From positions 1,608,085 to 1,672,084 of the forward strand of contig OZ240206.1 of the NCBI GenBank assembly GCA_965197405.1: DNA of 64,000 nucleotides, written 5' to 3'. Positions 7,681 to 16,555 of this stretch are shown here, one piece after another (the first letter of the stretch is position 1; the number at the start of each line of letters is the position of its first letter). The notes under the pieces are model-generated. The model was not told the origin of the DNA and searched no databases. It saw only the letters and a list, made by a program, of their open reading frames with translations. Source of the stretch: Dehalococcoidia bacterium. GTDB taxonomy: Bacteria; Chloroflexota; Dehalococcoidia; Lucifugimonadales; JAGWBF01. The translations under genes and the position numbers were made by a program.

Positions 7681-9381
7681 ATGAAAGTCCTGCGCCTATT
7701 GACTCTAGCCCTGGCGCTCCTGCTGGCCGTGGCCTGCGCCGGGGAGAGTCCCACGGCTGTCCCCACTGCCATACCGACGGCCACGCCGCCCGCCACCCCG
7801 GACTTGGAAGCGACGGTGCAAGCTATGGTGTCCGCCGCTCTCCCCACGGCAGCGCCTACCCCCACGCCGGACATTGACGCTACCGTCGAGGCCCGTGTAG
7901 CTGCCACCGTCGCTGCTATGCCAACTCCCACTGATACGCCTATCCCAATACCGACACCTTTAACCACCACGACACCCATGTCCGTCCCAACCGCTACACC
8001 CACGCCGACGTCTATTGCGACGCCGACACCCATTCCGACTATGACACCAACCCCTACGTCTGCCCCAACACCAACCGCTACCCCAGTGTCCACCGCCACA
8101 CCTATCCCTACACCAACTGCGACGCCAACGCCCGCCGCTGCTTTTACCTCTGTCAGTTCCGGACCTCTTCACACATGCGGAGTGAAGACCGACGGCTCCG
8201 TCGCTTGCTGGGGTTTCAATAAGGGCAGGCATGGCAATTTCGCTGGACAAACCACGCCGCCCGCCGGTCCCTTCGCCTCTGTCAGTTCCGGACCTCTTCA
8301 CACATGCGGAGTGAAGACCGACGGCTCCGTCGTTTGCTGGGGCGATAACATATTTGACCAAGTCACATCGCCTGAAGGTCCCTTCACATCCGTCAGTGCT
8401 GGGGCTTATCACACCTGCGGGGTGAAGACCGACGGCTCCGTCCTTTGCTGGGGCTATGATAGTGAGGGTCGGGCCACACCGCCCGCCGGTGCTTTCGCAT
8501 CCGTCAGCGCGGGTCGGTCGCACACCTGCGGGGTGAAGACCGACGGCTCCGTCCTTTGCTGGGGCTATGATAGTGAAGGTCGGGCCACACCGCCCGCCGG
8601 TGCTTTCGCATCCGTCAGCGCGGGTGGGTCGCACGCCTGCGGGGTGAAGACCGACGGCTCCGTCCTTTGCTGGGGCTATGATAGTGAAGGTCAGGCCACA
8701 CCGCCCGCCGGTGCCTTCGCATCCGTCAGCGCGGGTGGGTCGCACACCTGCGGGGTGAAGACCGACGGGTCCGTCGTTTGCTGGGGTTTAAATGAGGACT
8801 TTCGTGGCAATACCGTTGGCCAAGCCACTCCCCCAGACGGTCCTTTCACATCCGTCAGCGCGGGCGGTCTTCACACCTGCGGGGTGAAGACCGACGGGTC
8901 CGTCCTTTGCTGGGGCTATGATAGTGAGGGTCAGGCCACACCGCCCCCCGCCGGTGCCTTCGCATCCGTCAGCGCGGGTAGGTCGCACACCTGCGGGGTG
9001 AAGACCGACGGGTCCGTCCTTTGCTGGGGCTATGATGGTCAAGGTCGGGCCACGCCGCCCGACGGTCCCTTCGCATCCGTCAGCGCGGGTGGGTCGCACA
9101 CCTGCGGGGTGAAGACCGACGGGTCCGTCCTTTGCTGGGGCGCTAACTGGGATGGTCAGGCCGCACCGCCCGCCGGTCTCTTCGCATCCGTCAGCGCGGG
9201 TAGCTCGCACACCTGCGGGGTGAAAACCGACGGCTCCATCGTTTGCTGGGGTTTAAATAAGGACTTTGATTGCAAAATCGTTGACCAAGCCACGCCGCCT
9301 GGCGGAACCGCAGGGACCGGCAGTGCGGGCGCGGCCTATATCCGGGGAGTGAAGACCCCTTGGCTCACTCTATGTCCATGA
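7681..9381 (+). CDS. Secreted/lipoprotein-like protein with Pro/Thr-rich linker and 10-11 RCC1-like (HTCGVKTDGSVLCWG) repeats
   Basis: Signal peptide MKVLRLLTLALALLLAVACAG, about 130 aa of PT-rich low complexity, then blades of 37-43 aa. Ends at TGA 9379-9381. Confidence 0.8.
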   Translation: MKVLRLLTLALALLLAVACAGESPTAVPTAIPTATPPATPDLEATVQAMVSAALPTAAPTPTPDIDATVEARVAATVAAMPTPTDTPIPIPTPLTTTTPMSVPTATPTPTSIATPTPIPTMTPTPTSAPTPTATPVSTATPIPTPTATPTPAAAFTSVSSGPLHTCGVKTDGSVACWGFNKGRHGNFAGQTTPPAGPFASVSSGPLHTCGVKTDGSVVCWGDNIFDQVTSPEGPFTSVSAGAYHTCGVKTDGSVLCWGYDSEGRATPPAGAFASVSAGRSHTCGVKTDGSVLCWGYDSEGRATPPAGAFASVSAGGSHACGVKTDGSVLCWGYDSEGQATPPAGAFASVSAGGSHTCGVKTDGSVVCWGLNEDFRGNTVGQATPPDGPFTSVSAGGLHTCGVKTDGSVLCWGYDSEGQATPPPAGAFASVSAGRSHTCGVKTDGSVLCWGYDGQGRATPPDGPFASVSAGGSHTCGVKTDGSVLCWGANWDGQAAPPAGLFASVSAGSSHTCGVKTDGSIVCWGLNKDFDCKIVDQATPPGGTAGTGSAGAAYIRGVKTPWLTLCP

Positions 9382-9477
9382 GTGTCCACGCGGGCCCACA
9401 CCTGCGGAGTGGAGACCAACGGCTCCGTCGTCTGCTGGGGCGATGACACCTATGGTCAAGCCACACCGCCAGGATAA
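9382..9477 (+). other. In-frame continuation after the TGA encoding one more intact RCC1-like blade
   Basis: Same frame as 7681-9381: VSTRAHTCGVETNGSVVCWGDDTYGQATPPG then TAA 9475-9477. Confidence 0.6.
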
Positions 9478-9543
9478 CGGGCTCAAGGAGGCGGGTGAGG
9501 CATCCTGGGGACCCTGTGCGGAAGTCTATAGCCGCATAGCGAG

Positions 9544-9975
9544 CTACTTCACCTCCTCGGCAAATATGATCCTCCACTCCCCGGCCACCTCCCGGAAGGC
9601 CATGCGGATGCGCCGCTTGCCCAGAGGCTCCTTCATGGTCAGATACATTTCCCTTTCGTTGTGGCCGACTATCCACGGAGGGGTCTCCTCGCTCAGCCCC
9701 AGCTTTACGCCAAAGCGCTTGACCCTTCCTATCTCGCCGCGGACCGTTCCATCCCGCTGCTGGCGGTAGTCCTCCTCCAGATACCCCAACGCTCCGTCGG
9801 CATCGTAGGCGTTGAAGGCCTCCCAATAGGCGAAGGCGAGCTTCCTGAGAGCGTCCGCCTCCTGGGGATCACCCAGGGGGCCAGGGTTCAGCGTTGCGGT
9901 TGGCGAGCTACCGCAGGCCGCGCCGATGGCAGCCAGCGTCATGAACACCCCGAAAGCTGCCCACCGTCTCAGCAT
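9544..9975 (-). CDS. Hypothetical secreted/lipoprotein, NTF2/SnoaL-like fold suspected
   Basis: 143-aa ORF with signal peptide MLRRWAAFGVFMTLAAIGAACGS. The AFAYWEAFNAYDADGALGYLEEDY pattern is typical of SnoaL/DUF4440-type domains. Confidence 0.55.
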   Translation of the reverse strand: MLRRWAAFGVFMTLAAIGAACGSSPTATLNPGPLGDPQEADALRKLAFAYWEAFNAYDADGALGYLEEDYRQQRDGTVRGEIGRVKRFGVKLGLSEETPPWIVGHNEREMYLTMKEPLGKRRIRMAFREVAGEWRIIFAEEVK

Positions 9976-10103
9976 AGATCTCGCGCACCTCCGAGGAGTC
10001 TCACCAGTGGGTCCGGTCTCTTTCCATCAGGCATGTCCGGCGGCTACCCGAGGCATAGCAGTCAGCCGGGACTCCAGACCCCTCGCCCCGCTCGGGGTGA
10101 CAA

Positions 10104-10193
10104 TTACTGATGCGTGAGTAAATATCTAAACCAGTCCCGTCGGGGAAGCGCCAGAATGTAGTGATTCATTCACTTATCAGTAAAAGTCCCCCT
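10104..10193. repeat. Repeat family B copy (short form), abutting a MITE-A fragment (10070-10103)
   Basis: TTACTGATGCGTGAGTAAATATCTAAACC ... GTAGTGATTCATTCACTTATCAGTAA, imperfect terminal inverted repeats. Confidence 0.65.
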
Positions 10194-10262
10194 CTCTCCC
10201 CGAGGTGGAGCGGTCCCTTCAAGGCTGGACCGGAACGGGACGAAGGCCAGGGCGTGCGCCGT

Positions 10263-11129
10263 CTACGACGTTACTTCCTTGTACCAGTCCAGGATTTCGC
10301 TGCCGGTCATGAAGACGACGCCCTCGTGTCTCTTGATGTACTCGAATAGCCTGTCGTAGTAGCGTATGCGGTGGGGCACTCCCGTGATGTAAGGGTGGGT
10401 GGAAACCGCCATTATCCTGGCGCTCTCGGCTCCCTCCTCGTACAGCGTGTCAAAATGGTCTCGCGACCGCTCGAATATCTCCGGCGATGCGTGGTGCTGT
10501 ATCAGGTACATCGGTATGTCGTTAATTTCCACCGTGTAGGGTATGGAGATTAGACTGCCGTTTCTCACCTTCATGGGGTAGGGCTGGTCGTCGTTGACCC
10601 AATCGCATACGTACTCGATGCCCTCCTCGGCCAGGATGTCGGGAGTTTCGAAGGTCTCCGCCAAGCCCGGCCCCATCCATCCCCTGGGGGCCTTGCCCGT
10701 AGTCTCCTTGATTAGCTGGATGGACCTCCTTATGACGTCCCGCTCGTCTTCCTCCAGGTTCAGGGTCCTCTGGATGAAGCCGTGGCCGAGAATCTCCCAC
10801 CCGCTCCGGACGCTCTCCTCCACTATGATGGGGTAAGAGTTGCAGATGGAGGCGTTGAGGCTTACGGTCGCCCTTATCCCGTGCTTGTCCAGCACCCGCT
10901 TCATTCGCCAGAACCCGGCCCTCAGCCCGTAGTCGAACCAGCTGAAGTTGGCGATGTCGGGGATTACCGTGACCCCCTGGGGAGCGGGTATCACCGTGCG
11001 GGCCATCGCGGCGTTGATGTCCCATTCCTCCACGTTGATGATGGGCCATACCGCTATCCGGGCGTTGCCCGGGAGCTTTAGGGGTACGCGGTGAAAGAGG
11101 GGGCTATAGTCGGCTCTGGGATTGCTCAT
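10263..11129 (-). CDS. Polysaccharide deacetylase family protein (third paralogue)
   Basis: 288-aa ORF; GNARIAVWPIINVEEW, GFWRMKRVLDKHGIRATVSLN, STHPYITGVPHRIRYY parallel the 253-1164 product. Confidence 0.8.
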   Translation of the reverse strand: MSNPRADYSPLFHRVPLKLPGNARIAVWPIINVEEWDINAAMARTVIPAPQGVTVIPDIANFSWFDYGLRAGFWRMKRVLDKHGIRATVSLNASICNSYPIIVEESVRSGWEILGHGFIQRTLNLEEDERDVIRRSIQLIKETTGKAPRGWMGPGLAETFETPDILAEEGIEYVCDWVNDDQPYPMKVRNGSLISIPYTVEINDIPMYLIQHHASPEIFERSRDHFDTLYEEGAESARIMAVSTHPYITGVPHRIRYYDRLFEYIKRHEGVVFMTGSEILDWYKEVTS

Positions 11130-11153
11130 CGGCGCTCCTTTCTGCGTGGGGTG

Positions 11154-11523
11154 GTGTTTTCAAATGCCTTCTCCCCTAGCGGGAGAAGGTTAGGATGAGG
11201 GGGAGTTGTCTCGATACCTTCACCCTACCACTGTCAACCATTGATGAATGTACTGGCCTATGGTAGTCTGTCCGCGAAACTTGTAATCTGCAAGTTCGCG
11301 GTTGCGAAGAAGTCTCCACAAAGCTCTTTCTGAGTCAGTTGATTGTTTTCTGAGTCCTCGTGCTCTTGATGTAACACTCATCACCCTCACCTCAATCCTC
11401 TCCCGTCAAGGGAGAGGAGGCCCGATACCCCTCATCCCTTCGGCAAGCTCAGAGCAGGCTCCAACCTTCTCCCGTAAGACGTGAAGGAGCTTTGCAAACA
11501 CCCACTGACCACTAGCCACTGGG
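11154..11523. repeat. Cluster of repeat family C modules
   Basis: GTGTTTTCAAATGCCTTCTCCCCTAGCGGGAGAAGGTTAGGATGAGGGGGA (left), CACCCTCACCTCAATCCTCTCCCGTCAAGGGAGAGGAGG, and an inverted CCTTCTCCCGTAAGACGTGAAGGAGCTTTGCAAACAC with a CCACTAGCCACTGG tail. Confidence 0.6.
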
Positions 11524-11525
11524 GG

Positions 11526-12425
11526 CTATCGCAGGTCCTTGGGCAGGACGAAGGTGATGTTCTCCTCCACGCCTGACATAGTCGTTACGTTATCGGGCGC
11601 AAGCGCGCTTATAACCTCGTCCACCAGCTCCTCCGGCGTCGAGGCGCCGGAGGTTATGCCCACCCGGTTGACGCCAGCCAGCCATTCCCTGTCCATGTCC
11701 TCGGGCCCGTTTATGAGGTATGCGGGCACTCCCTGGGCCTCGGCAACTTCCCGGAGACGGTTGCAGTTCGAGCTGTTCTGCGCGCCTATAACCAGCACGA
11801 TGTCCACCTTGCGGGCCATCTCTTTGGTCGCCTCCTGGCGGTTGGTGGTGGCGTAGCATATGTCCGCCCTGGTTATCACGTTGCGGAAGGTCCTCTGCAT
11901 TTCCTCCACCACGTGCTGGGTGTCATCCACCGAGAGGGTTGTCTGGGTGAGGACGACCACCGGCGTGTCGCTGCTCCATTCCGGCAGGCTCATGCCCTCC
12001 CGCTCGTCCACCAGGGTCATGGGCGTCTGGCCCATAGTCCCACGGACCTCCTGGTGGCCTCGGTGCCCCACCAGGGCTATCTTTCTGCCCTCTCTGTGGT
12101 ACTTCCTTGCCTCGTTATGGACTCGCGTCACCAGGGGGCAGGTGGCGTCTATGACCTTGAGGCCGAGCGCCTCGGCCTTCTGGAAGTCCTCGGGCGGAGA
12201 GCCGTGGGCGGAGAAGACCACCACGGACTTTGGAGGTATCTCCTCGACGTTTTCCACCGTTCTGGCGCCCTTCCTCTCCAGGCTGGCTACCACGTAGGGG
12301 TTGTGGACGATCTGGTGCTTTACGTAGACCGGTGGCCCAAACCTCTCCAGGCACAGCTCCACCACCTCAATGGCCCTCACCACGCCAGCGCAGAAACCCC
12401 TCGGTGAGCTGAGTGTCACTTCCAT
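11526..12425 (-). CDS. ispH: 4-hydroxy-3-methylbut-2-enyl diphosphate reductase
   Basis: MEVTLSSPRGFCAGVVRAIE..., HNPYVV, ATCPLVTRVH, VGHRGHQEV; ATG 12425 behind GGGGAGG. Confidence 0.9.
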   Translation of the reverse strand: MEVTLSSPRGFCAGVVRAIEVVELCLERFGPPVYVKHQIVHNPYVVASLERKGARTVENVEEIPPKSVVVFSAHGSPPEDFQKAEALGLKVIDATCPLVTRVHNEARKYHREGRKIALVGHRGHQEVRGTMGQTPMTLVDEREGMSLPEWSSDTPVVVLTQTTLSVDDTQHVVEEMQRTFRNVITRADICYATTNRQEATKEMARKVDIVLVIGAQNSSNCNRLREVAEAQGVPAYLINGPEDMDREWLAGVNRVGITSGASTPEELVDEVISALAPDNVTTMSGVEENITFVLPKDLR

Positions 12426-12455
12426 CAAGACGCCTCCCCGTGTTTTGAGTCCCTA

Positions 12456-13634
12456 TTAAAGCCACTCTGACATAAGCTCCAGGTACTTGTACCCGGAGCC
12501 TGTGTTCAGCAGTATTATAGTCTCCTCCGGGCCGAGGAATCCATCCTGGACGAGCTCCTTCAGGCCTGACAGGGTTGCCGCTCCTTCGGGGCAGGCGAAA
12601 ACCCCCTCGTCGGAGGCCATCTCTCCCATGGCTGCCATCATGGACTCATCCGTCACCGCCATCGCCGTGCCCCCCGTGTCCCGGATGGCCTGGAGGATGA
12701 TGTAGTCGGCGAAGGGATGGGGGACCCGGAGGCCGCCGGCGAGGGTGTGGGCGCCGGGCCACGGCTCGGCCTGCTGTGCACCTTCGTGGAACGCCTTTAC
12801 TATGGGCTGGCACCCCTCGGCCTGGACGGCGATGAGCTTGGGCAACGCGCCCTCCACCCAGCCAAGCTCCAGTAGCTCGTAGAACCCCTTCCACATGCCC
12901 ACGATGCCCGTGCCGCCGCCGGTGGGGTAGACAATGGCGCCGGGCATTCTCCAACCCAGCTGCATGGCCAGCTCCAGGCCCATAGTCTTCTTTCCCTCCG
13001 CGCGGTAGGGTTCCTGTAGGGTTGACACGTCAAAGAGACCCTCTTTTTGCGCCATGTCCCTGGAGAGGCGTCCGGCGTCACTTATCAGCCCGTCCACCAG
13101 GGTGAGGTGGGATCCCATGATGGCCGACTCCACCTTGTTGGCGTCGGGGGCGTCCCGGGGCATGACCACGTGGGCTTCGAGACCGCCCCTTGCGGCATAG
13201 GCCGCTATAGCCCCGGCCGCATTTCCCGCCGAGGGCATCGCAAACCTTTTCAGGCCCAACTCGTTGGCCTTGGACACCGCTGCCGAGAGGCCCCGCGCCT
13301 TGAAGGTGCCGGTCGGATTGAGGCCCTCGTCCTTAATGTACAGGCTCTTCAGCCCCAGCTTTTTCCCCAGGTTCCGGGCTTCGAGCAGGGGCGTCCCTCC
13401 CTCGCCCAGGCTGAGGACTTTGCCGGGATCCAGGACGGGCAGCAGCTCCGAGAAGCGCCACATGCTGGAGGGACGGTCCAGCAGGTCTTTTCTATCCACT
13501 TCCCGCTTCAACCTTGCCAGGTCGTACCGGGCGAAGAGCACCTTGCCACACTGGGGGCACGTCCTGACGACCTCGGAGGGGGAGCAGGTCTTGCCGCAGT
13601 GGGTACATTCCAGGTGGTCCAGGTAGCTGAACAT
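12456..13634 (-). CDS. thrC: Threonine synthase-like PLP enzyme with N-terminal zinc ribbon
   Basis: CTHCGK...CPQCGK ribbon, PLP-lysine motif NPTGTFKARG, GNAAGAIAAYAA, TGGGTGIVG. Confidence 0.7.
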   Translation of the reverse strand: MFSYLDHLECTHCGKTCSPSEVVRTCPQCGKVLFARYDLARLKREVDRKDLLDRPSSMWRFSELLPVLDPGKVLSLGEGGTPLLEARNLGKKLGLKSLYIKDEGLNPTGTFKARGLSAAVSKANELGLKRFAMPSAGNAAGAIAAYAARGGLEAHVVMPRDAPDANKVESAIMGSHLTLVDGLISDAGRLSRDMAQKEGLFDVSTLQEPYRAEGKKTMGLELAMQLGWRMPGAIVYPTGGGTGIVGMWKGFYELLELGWVEGALPKLIAVQAEGCQPIVKAFHEGAQQAEPWPGAHTLAGGLRVPHPFADYIILQAIRDTGGTAMAVTDESMMAAMGEMASDEGVFACPEGAATLSGLKELVQDGFLGPEETIILLNTGSGYKYLELMSEWL

Positions 13635-13652
13635 GGGCCTGCTCTCCTCGTT

Positions 13653-13862
13653 CAGGACCTTTTCATTGTCACTCTGAGCGATAGCGAAGGGTCTAAAGAC
13701 CTGTCTGGCTGTGTGTCGCGCGCAGACGAGTTCCTCGGTGTCGGTTGCTTGCGAGGTATTTTAGATTCTTCGTCGCTCCGCTCCTCAGGATGACACGCGG
13801 TGGAGGCTTGCCTGCTGTAGGCAGGTCTGTATTCACCTGACGCCGAGAATGAAAAGGCCCTG
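13653..13862. repeat. MITE family A copy (full length)
   Basis: CAGGACCTTTTCATTGTCAC ... GAGAATGAAAAGGCCCTG termini with the two internal hairpin arms. Confidence 0.75.
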
Positions 13863-13961
13863 TCCTTATTGGGGTCGCTTGTATCAAGGGCTGACATATT
13901 ATATCATGCTTGTGCAGAAGCCACGGAAGGGTGGAGGCAGGTCCAGAAAACAGGTCCGAGT

Positions 13962-14120
13962 CAGGGCACCCCTTTTCAATTGTCACCCCGAGCGGAGCGA
14001 GGGGTCTAAAGTCCTGGCTGACCGTGCTGTCTTGCTTCCGGCTTTTGTTAGGCGCCATTTTAGATTCCTCGCTGCGCTCGGAATGACATGGTAGGGGCCA
14101 CGCTGCGTTCGGAATGACCG
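13962..14120. repeat. MITE family A copy (one terminus only, truncated)
   Basis: CAGGGCACCCCTTTTCAATTGTCACCCCGAGCGGAGCGAGGGGTCTAAAG ... TTTTAGATTCCTCGCTGCGCTCGGAATGACA. Confidence 0.65.
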
Positions 14121-14186
14121 AGGGAAGAGACTCGCAGATTGATAACTAAATGACCCTGGGGTCGAGGCACCGCGAAAAGAGAGCTT

Positions 14187-15521
14187 ATGGCTACCATACT
14201 TGAAGAGTATATCCAGAAACATCCGGGGTCGGCCAGTCGCTATGAAGAGGCCAGAGAAATCTTTCCGGGAGGCGTCACCCACGACAACCGCTATGTGACC
14301 CCCTTCCCCATCTACGTGACCCACGGCAGTGGTCCCCTGAAGTGGGACGTGGACGGCAACGAGTACGTGGACTACGTTTCCGGCCACGGCGCCCTCATCC
14401 TGGGCCACTCCCATCCCGAGATAGCATCCGCCGTCGCCAGCCAGGTGTCCAGGGGTACGCACCTTGGGGCCAACACGGAAGAGGAGATGCGCTGGGGCCG
14501 CGCCATAAAGAAGCTGATGCCTTCCATCGAGAAGATACGCTGCCATAGCTCGGGCACCGAGGCGACCCTGATGGCCCTTCGCCTGGCCAGGGCCTATACG
14601 GGCAAGAACAAGATCGTCAAGTTCGAGGAGCACTTCCACGGCTGGCACGACTACGTAGCCGTCAGAAATGATGCGCTGGTTGCCGGTATTCCCGAGACTA
14701 TTTCTCAATCGGTGATTGTGCTGCCCCCTGGCGATATAGCCCTTGTGGAGAACGCCCTGTCCCAGGATGGGGACGTAGCTGCCGTTATCCTGGAACCCAC
14801 CGGTGCCCATTACGGCCAGCTGCCCCTGATGGTCCCCCAGTTCTTGCAGGACTTGAGGGAGGTCACTCGAAGGCATGGCGTCCTGCTCATCATGGACGAG
14901 GTGGTTACCGGTTTTCGCGTATCCCCGGGCGGTGCCCAGGGACGCTTCGGCATTGACCCCGACCTGACCACTATGGCCAAGATCGTGGCGGGCGGCCTGC
15001 CCGGGGGTGTTGTGGGTGGCAAGGCGGACATCATTGACATGATCGCCTTTCGGGACGACCCGCGGTGGGACAGCAGGCAACGCATAGCCCACCCCGGCAC
15101 CTTCAACGCCAACCCTCTATCCGCCGCGGCGGGGGCGACGTGCCTGGAAATGATCGCCAGCCAGCCCATCAATGAGCGGGCAGACGCGGTGGCGTCGCGA
15201 CTGAAGAGGGGCCTGAACGATGTCTTCGCCAAGATGGAAGTGCCGGGCCACGCCCACGGCATGGCTTCCCTGATTCACCTCACCCTGAGCGACTGCGATT
15301 GTGACCGAGAGCTATGCACCATGTCCCACCGGGAGATACAGGAGGCAGCCGGCCCCGCCAAAACCGTCCCCTTGAAGAGGGCCATGATGAACGCCGGAGT
15401 GGACATGATGGGCAGAGGCTCCCTCATAGTCTCCGCTACTCACACGGAGCAGGACGTGGACCGTACCATAGAGGCCTTCGAGGAGTCCCTCGCGGCCATG
15501 CGAGGGGAGGGGATAACCTAG
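14187..15521 (+). CDS. Class-III aminotransferase, glutamate-1-semialdehyde aminomutase-like
   Basis: 444-aa ORF; FPGGVTHDNR, DYVSGHGALILGH, SSGTEATLMALRLARAYTG, LIMDEVVTGFR, TMAKIVAGGLP (PLP lysine). Confidence 0.8.
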   Translation: MATILEEYIQKHPGSASRYEEAREIFPGGVTHDNRYVTPFPIYVTHGSGPLKWDVDGNEYVDYVSGHGALILGHSHPEIASAVASQVSRGTHLGANTEEEMRWGRAIKKLMPSIEKIRCHSSGTEATLMALRLARAYTGKNKIVKFEEHFHGWHDYVAVRNDALVAGIPETISQSVIVLPPGDIALVENALSQDGDVAAVILEPTGAHYGQLPLMVPQFLQDLREVTRRHGVLLIMDEVVTGFRVSPGGAQGRFGIDPDLTTMAKIVAGGLPGGVVGGKADIIDMIAFRDDPRWDSRQRIAHPGTFNANPLSAAAGATCLEMIASQPINERADAVASRLKRGLNDVFAKMEVPGHAHGMASLIHLTLSDCDCDRELCTMSHREIQEAAGPAKTVPLKRAMMNAGVDMMGRGSLIVSATHTEQDVDRTIEAFEESLAAMRGEGIT

Positions 15522-15535
15522 CCTGGATAGAGCTT

Positions 15536-15605
15536 GGACTCCTGCGAAAGCAGGAGTGCCGATGGGAAGCGCCAGGGTTTAGTTCTTTGTTCACTCATCG
15601 GTAAA
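15536..15605. repeat. Repeat family B, right half
   Basis: GGACTCCTGCGAAAGCAGGAGTGCCGATGGGAAGCGCCAGGGTTTAGTTCTTTGTTCACTCATCGGTAA. Confidence 0.55.
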
Positions 15606-15640
15606 TGCCCCTGTATAGACCTGGAGGGCTCCCCTGAGGA

Positions 15641-16132
15641 ATGCAGATGAGGAATGCGGAAGAGGTTGGTCTGCCTCGCTGGCCGTCGAAGGGCAACCGC
15701 CGCAAGCTGGAGGCGCTGTGGCTGGAAGAGTTGGAGCGTCATGGGCTGTCCGTCTTCCTCCCGGAGGCCCCGGTTGACGTACCTCCGGAGCTGTACAAGG
15801 CCATAGGGGCGTTCAACGCCGGGCTGCTCTGGGAGTGTCACGAGACCCTGGAGGGCGTCTGGCTGAGCACGCCTTACCCCCTGCGGTTCTTCTACCATGC
15901 AATCATCAAGGCAGCCGTCGGCTTCTATCACCTGTCCCGCCACAATCGCCACGGCGCCAGGGTGAAGCTGGCCGACGCTGTGAGACTGCTCCGGCTCTTC
16001 TCACCGGACTACCTTGGCGTGCAGACCGACCTGCTCTGCCGTGATACCTCCGCGTGGCTGGCGAAGCTGGAGGGCGGCGACGCCATCAACTGGGCTGAGC
16101 TGGACGACCTGGCCCGCCCGTGCATTCGATGA
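15641..16132 (+). CDS. DUF309 domain protein
   Basis: GAFNAGLLWECHETLEGVW...FYHAIIKAAVGFYHLSRHNRHGA is the DUF309 signature as I recall it; start 15641 or 15647. Confidence 0.65.
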   Translation: MQMRNAEEVGLPRWPSKGNRRKLEALWLEELERHGLSVFLPEAPVDVPPELYKAIGAFNAGLLWECHETLEGVWLSTPYPLRFFYHAIIKAAVGFYHLSRHNRHGARVKLADAVRLLRLFSPDYLGVQTDLLCRDTSAWLAKLEGGDAINWAELDDLARPCIR

Positions 16133-16246
16133 AAATAGGACCGTCCGAAACCTCTTTCGCTTCTCCCCGTCAATCCTGGCAGCGCCCGCCTTGACCACCA
16201 AGAGAAGGGTGCCCCTTCTCCGAGCCCTGATCGCACACGGCCGCGC

Positions 16247-16498
16247 TCAGGTGTGAGTCTCGTCAATGCGGACTATGTCTGCCTGAATCACTGCAACGGC
16301 CTGAACGACCCGTTGGAGTAGTTCGGCCCTGCGCTCGGCAGCCGCGTCCATTTGCTGCATGGATTCGGTGATTTGCTGGACGGACTCAATGACTTGCCGG
16401 ATGGATTCGGCTATACGCCGCTGGTCTTCATCAATCATCGCGAGCATGTCGGCGGTGTACCGAGCAAACTCTTCCATGTTCCTCATGCGCTCTTCCAT
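16247..16498 (-). CDS. Hypothetical small coiled-coil protein
   Basis: 83-aa ORF downstream of trmI and the HD gene on the same strand; internal ESIRQVIESVQQITESMQQ heptad-like repeats. No family recognised. Confidence 0.45.
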   Translation of the reverse strand: MEERMRNMEEFARYTADMLAMIDEDQRRIAESIRQVIESVQQITESMQQMDAAAERRAELLQRVVQAVAVIQADIVRIDETHT

Positions 16499-16555
16499 AT
16501 GCGCTCCTTGCTTTACGGCGACCCAGAGCTTGAGGGTTTTCTCGTTTTCCGCCTG

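Noticed and set aside
7629-8099. 156-aa GVGVG-rich ORF on the minus strand.
   Set aside because: It is the reverse-complement reading of the Pro/Thr-rich linker of the RCC1-like protein, a compositional artefact.
9379-9381. The TGA in the RCC1-like gene as a third selenocysteine codon.
   Set aside because: It aligns with a Ser of the repeat consensus (SVSAG), not a redox Cys. The preceding blade is degenerate, which suggests a recombination scar, and no convincing hairpin follows.
11500-11523. AGCCACTGG resembling a cobalamin-riboswitch B12 box.
   Set aside because: It is part of the CCACTAGCCACT repeat unit, also seen at 34393 and 40905-41049. None of the other B12-aptamer elements is present.
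13652-14094. Small ORFs inside the repeat elements. Examples: 13652-13897, 13693-14058, 13849-14094, 36100-36456, 36266-36484, 49590-49808, 50804-51037, 54659-54847.
   Set aside because: They are translations of MITE/hairpin repeats. The same peptides recur in both orientations (CHPERSEGSKVL, VIPSAARNLKF), and their boundaries follow repeat boundaries, not genes.
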